From Verrucomicrobiaceae bacterium (GTDB lineage Bacteria; Verrucomicrobiota; Verrucomicrobiia; Verrucomicrobiales; Akkermansiaceae), in assembly GCA_051252135.1 (NCBI GenBank), contig JBPOGH010000030.1:1-10167 (forward strand): a stretch of DNA of 10,167 nucleotides, written 5' to 3'. Positions 1 to 6,312 of this stretch are shown here, piece by piece. Every line of letters begins with the position of its first letter. Within the stretch, counting starts at the first letter, position 1. The translations under genes were made by a program, and so were the position numbers. The notes under the pieces were generated by a model. It worked only from the letters and a program-made list of their open reading frames with translations, did no database searches and had not been told where the DNA came from.

Positions 1-31
1 AAAAGACCACCGGGACGAATCCCGGTGGTCT
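1..31 (-). terminator. Rho-independent terminator of repeat copy A
   Basis: Perfect 12-bp stem (4-15/20-31), read on the minus strand as AGACCACCGGGA-TTCG-TCCCGGTGGTCT. The following T-run is cut by the window edge. Confidence 0.85.
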
Positions 32-95
32 CAAAAAAGATCAACCTCATCCTTGTCCCACACTCGTGGGGGGTCGAGGTGATCGCTGTTCACCC

Positions 96-131
96 TTAAA
101 TTGAAAACTCACAAAAATTGCGCGGTTTCAT
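96..131 (-). CDS. Possible leaderless 11-aa micropeptide MKPRNFCEFSI (copy A)
   Basis: Minus strand ATG AAA CCG CGC AAT TTT TGT GAG TTT TCA ATT TAA. The ATG lies 6 nt after the putative -10 element, near the expected +1. Identical in both copies. Confidence 0.35.
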   Translation of the reverse strand: MKPRNFCEFSI

Positions 132-137
132 AGGGAT

Positions 138-162
138 AGACTCTCAAGATGAGCAGACGTTC
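138..162 (-). promoter_or_regulatory. Putative ECF (sigmaE-type) promoter, copy A
   Basis: Minus strand GAAC-gtctgctcatcttgaga(17 nt)-GTCT resembles the GAAC...GTC(T) architecture of RpoE-type ECF promoters. Confidence 0.55.
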
Positions 163-218
163 AAAGAAAGTGGAATTATTTTCCAGAAAGGTTTTTCCGG
201 AGGTGGTGTGAGGGGATC

Positions 219-253
219 AAAAAAAAGACCACCGGGACGAATCCCGGTGGTCT
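219..253 (-). terminator. Rho-independent terminator of repeat copy B
   Basis: Perfect 12-bp stem (226-237/242-253) with a UUCG loop on the minus strand and a U8 tract (A8 at 219-226 on +, one base of which closes the stem). Confidence 0.92.
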
Positions 254-318
254 CGAAAAAGATCATCCTCATCCTTGTCCCACACTCGTGGGGGGTCGAA
301 GTGATCGGCTGTTCACCC

Positions 319-354
319 TTAAATTGAAAACTCACAAAAATTGCGCGGTTTCAT
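319..354 (-). CDS. Possible leaderless 11-aa micropeptide MKPRNFCEFSI (copy B)
   Basis: Same 36 nt as 96-131, at the same distance from the putative -10. Confidence 0.35.
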   Translation of the reverse strand: MKPRNFCEFSI

Positions 355-360
355 AGGGAT

Positions 361-385
361 AGACTCTCAACCGGGGCAGACGTTC
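361..385 (-). promoter_or_regulatory. Putative ECF (sigmaE-type) promoter, copy B
   Basis: Minus strand GAAC-gtctgccccggttgaga(17 nt)-GTCT. Boxes and spacer length match copy A, while 4 substitutions cluster in mid-spacer. Confidence 0.55.
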
Positions 386-458
386 AAAGAAAGTGTCATT
401 ATTTTCCAAAAAAGTTTCGGAGGTTGTTGGAATCCCTGTTTCTACGTAGGATAGGGGA

Positions 459-1232
459 GTGAAGGGAAACGAAAATTTGAGCCGAAGCGAGGTGGTCAAG
501 GAGGCGACCCGGCTGATTCGGGAGGCACGGAAGCGGTGGGATGCGCATGAGAATGGAGCTTGCCGGAGATTGCGGGACCAGGCTCTGGCGCTCTACGGGG
601 ATCTCAGCAAGGAAGAGAAAAAGGAGATTCCCGAGACCCATCGGGTTTGGTTACGGTATCGGAGCGAACGGTATTTTGGAGATGAGCGAACTTCTCCCGG
701 GCAGAAAGGAAGAAAGATGAAGCAGGATGTTGAGAAAAAGAAGGGGCATGCGCCCAAGCACAGTGTGGCTTCATTAAGAATGAAGAGCCCGGTAGGGCCG
801 TTGGTTTTGTTGGCCTCGAGGAAGGGGCTTTCCGGACTTTACTTCGGGCATCGTATCGAGAGATCGACTCTCCCGCCGGAGGAACCATCCAACAGGATTC
901 TTAAGAAGGCGGCGCGGCAATTGGAGGAGTTCTTTTCCGGCGTGCGCCGCGAGTTCGATCTTCCGCTGGATGCGAAGGGAAGTGAGTTTCAGCGTGATGT
1001 GTGGAAGCAATTGAGCATGATTCCTTTTGGGGAAACACTGAGTTACGGAGAGCTTGCGGATCGGATGGGGAATCCCAAGGCGGTGCGAGCGGTGGGGACG
1101 GCGAATGGGGCGAATCCGATTTCGATCATCGTGCCCTGTCATCGGGTAATTGGAAAAGATGGTCGCCTGGTGGGATTTGGTGGAGGTGTGGACTTAAAAC
1201 TCAAGCTGCTTCAGCACGAGGGATTGCTTTGA
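459..1232 (+). CDS. ogt: Methylated-DNA--[protein]-cysteine S-methyltransferase (Ogt/MGMT) with an extra ~100-aa N-terminal region
   Basis: The C-terminal ~150 aa carry SPVGPL, GSEFQRDVW, IPFGETLSYGELA, AVRAVGTANGANP and the active-site IIVPCHRVIG (Cys227, codon 1137-1139). GTG start preceded by AGGATAGGGGA. Confidence 0.95.
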   Translation: MKGNENLSRSEVVKEATRLIREARKRWDAHENGACRRLRDQALALYGDLSKEEKKEIPETHRVWLRYRSERYFGDERTSPGQKGRKMKQDVEKKKGHAPKHSVASLRMKSPVGPLVLLASRKGLSGLYFGHRIERSTLPPEEPSNRILKKAARQLEEFFSGVRREFDLPLDAKGSEFQRDVWKQLSMIPFGETLSYGELADRMGNPKAVRAVGTANGANPISIIVPCHRVIGKDGRLVGFGGGVDLKLKLLQHEGLL

Positions 1233-1247
1233 GAATCCCTCATGTTT
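1218..1247 (+). terminator. Possible weak terminator hairpin over the ogt stop codon
   Basis: GAGGGATT (1218-1225) and AATCCCTC (1234-1241) form a perfect 8-bp inverted repeat, followed only by ATGTTT (poor U-tract). Confidence 0.3.
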
Positions 1248-1331
1248 GGGGGTGGGGTGCGAGGTAGTTAGGTTTTCTTAATCAATCCTTGACGATTGGA
1301 AAGAGCCGATTTTTGGGTGGCTCCATAAATG

Positions 1332-1356
1332 TAACCGACTTGTAATTAGTTGGTTA
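1332..1356. promoter_or_regulatory. Imperfect palindrome, possible protein-binding site
   Basis: TAACCGACT-N7-AGTTGGTTA (8/9 arm match) in the AT-rich intergenic region upstream of the giant pilin-like gene. Confidence 0.35.
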
Positions 1357-1451
1357 AAGGTTTTTTAGGTTTGTGGGGTGAAGTTTGTGGGGCTGGGGAC
1401 TGCGAATTCTGTGTTGCCATGAGATCACAATGTGTTTACATAGTGTTCATC

Positions 1452-4400
1452 ATGAAAGCGCAGCTCATTGTATCCAAACGTCGTGGATTTGCTCTTATTG
1501 CGACGATTTCAGTTCTGCTTCTGTTGACACTCATTGCGGTGGCCTTCCTCTCGCTTTCGGCGGTGACGGTAAGGACAAGTCGCACCGAGTGGGCGGAAGA
1601 AGAAGCCCGTGCCAACGCCCGCCTCGCTCTGATGATTGCGATCGGCGAGTTGCAGCGCGAATTGGGGCCCGATCAGCGGGTCAGTGCCACTGCTACGATT
1701 CTGGATGAGAATCCGGAACAGCCTACTATTTCCGGAGTGAAAGAACCCCACTGGGTTGGCGTTTGGTCGACCAACTGGGCCGAAAGCTCCGATGGAGCGA
1801 GTAGCGGATCGGATCGCCCGGAGGATTTGACTCCGTGGGAGCGGAACGACGAGCGAGGAGGACTCAAGGACCGTCGTGAATCAGGAAGTTGGGACCGTGA
1901 AACCGCGGTCAGCACCTATTTGGTCAGTGGTAATGAAGGGGGACGTGAACGGATGCAGTCGGGAGGCCGACAGTTCATGGATGCCAAGGATGACGGGGTG
2001 AGCAAAGTGGAACTGGAAGATCAGTTCATCATCGTGAGTGACGGCAGCGTGATTGACAAAGAGGACATGGTGACGGTCAAGGCCGTTGACTTGCAGCGTG
2101 AAATCCGCCGCCCCAACGGAGCGATCCAATCGACGACGGTTGGACGTTACGCCTATTATGTTTCGGATGAGGGGACGAAGGCCAATATTTCGGTGTTTGA
2201 CCGTCACAATGACGAGCAGCCAGAAATTTCCTCGGAAGAAGGATTTCAGCGGGTGTTTCACGCGCAGGATGTGAACGCCGGTGTTATTGATGGATTTGTG
2301 CCCATCCCGGATGAGGATCGCGAGCGGATTTTATCGGTGCAGACCGCCCGATTGATCAAAGGGGTGGACGAAGATGCCGTGAAGAATGCCTATCACGATA
2401 TCACGACCAGCTCCCGCACGGTGTTGGCCAATGTTCGTGATGGCGGCCTGCAGAAGGACCTGAGCGTGTTCATCACGGCCAACGGTGACATTAAAGACGA
2501 AGATCAGGGGCGCCTGGAGTATTTGGGACTTTCCCGCACCGACAAGATGGTGGGGCCCCCCAACTCCCGATACGCGGCTCTTACCGGAGCGCCAACGAGC
2601 GGCCGTTATGAGGAAATTTCGCCGCAGTTTGGCATCTTGCAGAACTGGTTGGAAAGTGCCCGCAGCAACGGATTCTCCCTCAATGCGGGCAGCCTGGACC
2701 TGACCGGAGGGCAGCGTAGCCTCCTTCCCGAGCAGGTAAACTACGGTCCCCTTCACCAGTGGGATGTTTGGGATGGTCTGATTGGCCGTTCGAGCAAAGA
2801 AGCAGCGAAGTATACCGAGTTGGATAAGGTCTCGGTGGCGCCGGTAGTGACCGAAGCGGCGATCTACTACAACCTTGCGACCCGTCGTGCCAACCGTGAC
2901 GGACGGAGTGTGTGGGAAGATATCATCTGCCTGTATCCCCGGATTTCCCTTTGGAACCCCTACAGTGTGGAGATGAAGATTCCACCGATGATTTGTCAGC
3001 TGTTTGTGAACGGTAACAAGGAGGTGATGGTGACTTATGAAGGTCACCCCCAGGAGCGGATGTATCTTGGTTTCGGTGGTGGTAACCACGGAGGTAACGG
3101 CAACAGTTTCTGGTTGCTTGCAGAGAAGGGGAATAATCCCCAAGGGATGACGATTCCTCCCGGACAGACCCTCGTTTTCACGGTTGATATCAACCGTTCG
3201 AAGCGTCAGGGAGGGCTTCGTGGTGACTATAGTAAAACGAATTACACCAACAATCTTCTGACGCCTTTCAATCCATCGAGTCCCGACCGTTATCTCCTCA
3301 CGGAGCGAGTCTATTCTCCGGGATCCGATTCGGTTTATGGACCGATTGACCGCAACTGGTCTTCGATGATGCGCCAGAGTAACTTTTACAAGATGGGTAA
3401 GGACAAGGAGAACATCACCCGTCCGCTGACCTTCCGGGAGGACCCCCAGAGTGGTACGCGTTCCGGTGCGGACAACTACCAGTTCATGCTCAAGGACGCG
3501 ACTGGTCAGAACAGGGCCAACCACGGATGGCACCATGGTAACCCGGGTTCCAACGATCGTGATGGCAACCTGCATGAGTTCCCGCTCATTGCGGTGGGTA
3601 GTATTTCCCTGCAGGCCGGTGGAGCCGACGAGTATCCCATCCGATGGGATTCCGGCACCAGCCACCCGGTTTATCACATGCCTTCCCGGGGTGCTCCTCT
3701 GGTGAAGGACGGAACCGATGGATTCCCGAACCGACGGACCCGTGATGGTTTCCGCCTTCGTTGGTGGGAAGAGCATCCCTCAAACCTTGGGGGCTCGAGA
3801 CTTGGGGCGAACGAGATGGAGAAGATTTTCCAGACTGCCGGTATTGCAAACTGGAACGTTCGTGCGAGCTACGTCACCCGCACGCCCTTTGACAACGTGA
3901 CCGAGAAAGCTCCCTACTTCTGGGGGAACTACACCCGTGACCTGTTTGATGAAGCGATCTCGTGGGCAGCCTTGACTCCCCGAAATGTGGGAGGTCTTGA
4001 AACAGGATTCCCCTTTGGACCTCCGAACAGTGAGTTCAATGAAGGCCCGCTCATTCTGTTTGAGCTGCCGAGTCAGAAGCTGGGTATTCCCAATTTGGCC
4101 TATTTGAGACATCTCAAGTTGTCCGAGCTGGCATGGCACCCGACCTATGCGATTGGAAACTCCATTGCGGATCCCCGTAGTGAGCCTGATGGCACCAGTC
4201 CCGATCTTTCCGATCTTCCCAGCGACAAGTTCGGGGGATGGAACGGCGATACCATGGGTTATGCGTCCGATCGTATCGGTAGCCGGGGTAAGGATTACTG
4301 GTCGACTTTGATTCGTGACCTTCTTCACATGAAGCCGGACAACAACAATGTGGTGTTCGATATGAGTTATGAGACGAACTACAATCTGTGGGATACCTAC

Positions 4401-5354
4401 ATGATTGCTTCCGGAAAGCCTACGCTCTCGCTTCGACGTAATGAGATGAGGCTCTTCGCGCAGGACCCGAAAAAGAATCCTCTTGGAAACGGGCGATTGG
4501 GGCTCTTCAGCCGTCCTGATCTTGAGACCAGCCTGGATGATGATCTTAACGACTTCTTCCGTGCGGCTTCCCGCCTGAGTCTTGAAGGTGGATTTAACGT
4601 TCACTCGACGAGCAAGGAAGCGTGGAAAGCAATGTTGTCTTCCACGATGGGAGTGACGATCAATGACAGCAAGGAAGCGATCTTCCCCCGGTTTTTGAAT
4701 CCCTCCGGCGATACCTCCCAGGATGACGGGGTGACAGCCGACTCACTCTCCGGAAACCGTGAGTTGACGGAGGATGAGATTGATATCCTGGCCCAGCGTA
4801 TTGTGGTTGAGGTCAAGAAACGCGCTCCATTCTTCGGATTGGCAGACTTCGTGAACCGCCGCCTGACCGATGATGTTGAGCTTGCCCGTGCGGGAGCGAT
4901 CGAGGTTGCGCTTGATACCTCGGGTGTGAACGCGAGCTTCAACCAGAGCATTCTTGGAATCACCGACCGCAGTGAGGATATTGAAGACCTGAGCTTCGAC
5001 GGGATGTCCGACTCGACGCGACTCGACCATCGCCTCAAGCCGCCCTCACAAGCATGGGGAATCCCGGGCTACCTGACGCAGGGTGATGTGCTGGGAGTTG
5101 TGGGTTCCACCCTGACCTCCCGCTCGGATACGTTTAAGATTCGTTCGTATGGTGAGTCGCGTGATGTGAATGGAAATATTCTCGCCCGTGCCTGGTGTGA
5201 AGCCACGGTGCAGCGGACCCCCGAGCCGGTGAATCCAGATGAGCTCAAGGGCCAGACCGGGATCAATCCCGAGCCTGTTACCGGAGACGAAATCGACTTT
5301 GGGCGCCGCTTTAGGATTGTCGGATTCCGTTGGCTTGCCCCTGAGGAAGTTTAA
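1452..5354 (+). CDS. Giant PilX/GspK-like prepilin-leader protein (Verru_Chthon cassette protein A-like family), ~1300 aa
   Basis: Best start is ATG 1452 (MKAQLIVSKRRG|FALIATISVLLLLTLIAVAFLSLS): a class III signal without Glu at +5. It is followed by ARANARLALMIAIGELQRELGPDQRVSA, GRYAYYVSDEGTKA and GGLQKDLS, and ends with LSLEGGFNVHSTS, PFFGLADFVNRRL, PGYLTQGD, RSDTFKIRSYGE, ARAWCEATVQR and FGRRFRIVGFRWL. I recognise these motifs from this Verrucomicrobia-expanded family. Confidence 0.85.
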   Translation: MKAQLIVSKRRGFALIATISVLLLLTLIAVAFLSLSAVTVRTSRTEWAEEEARANARLALMIAIGELQRELGPDQRVSATATILDENPEQPTISGVKEPHWVGVWSTNWAESSDGASSGSDRPEDLTPWERNDERGGLKDRRESGSWDRETAVSTYLVSGNEGGRERMQSGGRQFMDAKDDGVSKVELEDQFIIVSDGSVIDKEDMVTVKAVDLQREIRRPNGAIQSTTVGRYAYYVSDEGTKANISVFDRHNDEQPEISSEEGFQRVFHAQDVNAGVIDGFVPIPDEDRERILSVQTARLIKGVDEDAVKNAYHDITTSSRTVLANVRDGGLQKDLSVFITANGDIKDEDQGRLEYLGLSRTDKMVGPPNSRYAALTGAPTSGRYEEISPQFGILQNWLESARSNGFSLNAGSLDLTGGQRSLLPEQVNYGPLHQWDVWDGLIGRSSKEAAKYTELDKVSVAPVVTEAAIYYNLATRRANRDGRSVWEDIICLYPRISLWNPYSVEMKIPPMICQLFVNGNKEVMVTYEGHPQERMYLGFGGGNHGGNGNSFWLLAEKGNNPQGMTIPPGQTLVFTVDINRSKRQGGLRGDYSKTNYTNNLLTPFNPSSPDRYLLTERVYSPGSDSVYGPIDRNWSSMMRQSNFYKMGKDKENITRPLTFREDPQSGTRSGADNYQFMLKDATGQNRANHGWHHGNPGSNDRDGNLHEFPLIAVGSISLQAGGADEYPIRWDSGTSHPVYHMPSRGAPLVKDGTDGFPNRRTRDGFRLRWWEEHPSNLGGSRLGANEMEKIFQTAGIANWNVRASYVTRTPFDNVTEKAPYFWGNYTRDLFDEAISWAALTPRNVGGLETGFPFGPPNSEFNEGPLILFELPSQKLGIPNLAYLRHLKLSELAWHPTYAIGNSIADPRSEPDGTSPDLSDLPSDKFGGWNGDTMGYASDRIGSRGKDYWSTLIRDLLHMKPDNNNVVFDMSYETNYNLWDTYMIASGKPTLSLRRNEMRLFAQDPKKNPLGNGRLGLFSRPDLETSLDDDLNDFFRAASRLSLEGGFNVHSTSKEAWKAMLSSTMGVTINDSKEAIFPRFLNPSGDTSQDDGVTADSLSGNRELTEDEIDILAQRIVVEVKKRAPFFGLADFVNRRLTDDVELARAGAIEVALDTSGVNASFNQSILGITDRSEDIEDLSFDGMSDSTRLDHRLKPPSQAWGIPGYLTQGDVLGVVGSTLTSRSDTFKIRSYGESRDVNGNILARAWCEATVQRTPEPVNPDELKGQTGINPEPVTGDEIDFGRRFRIVGFRWLAPEEV

Positions 5355-5376
5355 GAACCCAATCCCAGATTCCAAC

Positions 5377-5424
5377 GCCCGCCAAGTCTTCAGACATTTG
5401 TTGTTGATTTCGGCGGGCATTTTT
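5377..5424 (+). terminator. Intergenic stem-loop with short U-tract (partial terminator or mRNA stabiliser)
   Basis: GCCCGCC (5377-5383) pairs with GGCGGGC (5412-5418), with inner AAGTC/GATTT pairing, followed by ATTTTT. Confidence 0.45.
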
Positions 5425-5442
5425 CAAACATCAGATCCCATC

Positions 5443-6198
5443 ATGAAACTACCACTTCTCTTCTTACTGATCCTCGCTCCGTTTGTTCACGGTCAGGATG
5501 CTCCCCCAAAAGGATATATTCGCTTTATCGCTTTGGGCGATGCCCCACCGTATAAGGATGAGTTGGTGGATGGTGTCCGGGTGGAGCAACCGGCACCGGA
5601 AGGAAGTCTTCCTCCCAAGGATCTCACGGTTTCCGGAGCGGGAGAAAATGGAGCCTTGTCTCTCCGGTTGCGTCAGATGACCAAGTATGTGGAGGTCCAG
5701 GATCGGACCAAGTCTGTGGGACTTTTCAAGGGAGAGGTTGGCGCGGGAGACCCTTGGGTCACTTCACCCGGGCCAGCGGTGCCTTCGACTTGTGTGATTG
5801 TTCGTTCTCCCAGAGAACGCAAATTAAGCTGGAACGACGTGAGGAAGGTTACCCTGAAGGATGATCTGGCCAGTTTCCCGGTGGAGTCGATCAGATTGGT
5901 CAACATGTCCACTTCAACGGTTGCGATCAAGATCGGTGACGGAAAGGCATTTGCGGTGGGTCCCGGAAGAGTGAAGGTGCTCAAGCAGGGAGACGGTGTG
6001 AAGGTTGGAGGAGACACGATGGTAGCGATCGCCCAGAAGAAGGCCGACGGGAGCTATCAGAAGGTGTTTAACAATGCGCTTCAGTTGTATTCCAGAAACC
6101 GGATCAACCTGTTTGCTTACAACGAAGACGGAGTGGATGCGCGCGGGCGGATCAAGTTGAGCATCAACCCGGAGATCTTCAAGAATCTGGCTCCTTAA
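5443..6198 (+). CDS. Secreted hypothetical protein (~251 aa), probable partner of the upstream pilin-like protein
   Basis: ATG 5443 gives a clean Sec signal peptide (MKLPLLFLLILAPFVHG|QD). The rest looks beta-rich (IRFIALGDAPP, FPVESIRLVNMS). Same strand, 88 nt after the upstream stop, with a strong terminator downstream. Confidence 0.85.
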   Translation: MKLPLLFLLILAPFVHGQDAPPKGYIRFIALGDAPPYKDELVDGVRVEQPAPEGSLPPKDLTVSGAGENGALSLRLRQMTKYVEVQDRTKSVGLFKGEVGAGDPWVTSPGPAVPSTCVIVRSPRERKLSWNDVRKVTLKDDLASFPVESIRLVNMSTSTVAIKIGDGKAFAVGPGRVKVLKQGDGVKVGGDTMVAIAQKKADGSYQKVFNNALQLYSRNRINLFAYNEDGVDARGRIKLSINPEIFKNLAP

Positions 6199-6229
6199 GC
6201 GGAAGCGGTTTTCCGATCAGCCCATTTTC

Positions 6230-6262
6230 AAAGCCTCCTTCACCGGAGGCTTTTTTCGTTTT
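6230..6262 (+). terminator. Rho-independent terminator
   Basis: AAAGCCTCC-ttcacc-GGAGGCTTT, with a T-tract at 6251-6256 followed by CGTTTT. Confidence 0.9.
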
Positions 6263-6312
6263 AATTAATAATCAACCTAGATTAACTAATTTGAGCGTGG
6301 TAATTTTGGCCC

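Larger units (their letters stand above)
1..131 (-). ncRNA. Putative ~135-nt small RNA (or micropeptide mRNA), sibling copy A
   Basis: Bounded by an ECF-like promoter (138-162) and a terminator (1-31). Contains an internal hairpin at 39-84. More conserved between copies than the promoter spacer and flanks. Confidence 0.65.
1..204. repeat. Tandem ~200-bp repeat, copy A (period 222 bp; begins at the window edge)
   Basis: 1-204 aligns with 223-424. Over 1-131 vs 223-354 there are only 3 substitutions (33/255, 44/266, 78/300) and one 1-nt indel (near 85/307-308). More differences lie at 148-152, 173-174 and 186-198. Confidence 0.97.
219..354 (-). ncRNA. Putative ~135-nt small RNA (or micropeptide mRNA), sibling copy B
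   Basis: Bounded by an ECF-like promoter (361-385) and a terminator (219-253). Contains an internal hairpin at 261-306. Confidence 0.65.
223..424. repeat. Tandem ~200-bp repeat, copy B
   Basis: Near-identical to 1-204. A short linker (205-222) separates the copies. Confidence 0.97.

Noticed and set aside
96..113. C-terminal CEFSI resembles AgrD thiolactone cores (e.g. S. aureus AIP-I CDFIM)
   Set aside because: AgrD precursors need an N-terminal amphipathic leader and a C-terminal tail for AgrB processing. Here the stop follows directly, and no agrB/agrC-like genes are in the window.
261..285. GGA repeats (GGGAC-AAGGAU-GAGGAU) as a CsrA/RsmA sponge
   Set aside because: The GGA motifs lie in the predicted stem rather than in loops, and one is lost in copy A (GAGGUU).
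118..335. ORFs 118-327 (+) and 144-335 (-) from the track
   Set aside because: They cross the repeat junction and run through the terminator hairpin, the 1-nt indel between copies breaks frame equivalence, and they have no protein-like features.
1..424. CRISPR array or REP-type interpretation of the repeat
   Set aside because: The unit is ~200 bp with no unique spacers of CRISPR size and no cas genes in the window. The palindrome has a one-sided U-tract typical of a terminator.
1350..1451. Longer N-terminus (TTG 1350) for the giant pilin-like ORF
   Set aside because: The extension is an atypical Cys-rich reading of intergenic sequence. ATG 1452 gives a canonical short basic prepilin leader.
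2331..5038. Long minus-strand ORFs (2331-3776, 3780-4604, 4601-5038)
   Set aside because: These are antisense shadows of the 1300-aa gene, caused by codon bias, with no recognisable motifs.
5239..5442. Upstream extension of the 5443-6198 gene
   Set aside because: It overlaps the end of the previous gene and the intergenic hairpin. The signal peptide begins at ATG 5443.
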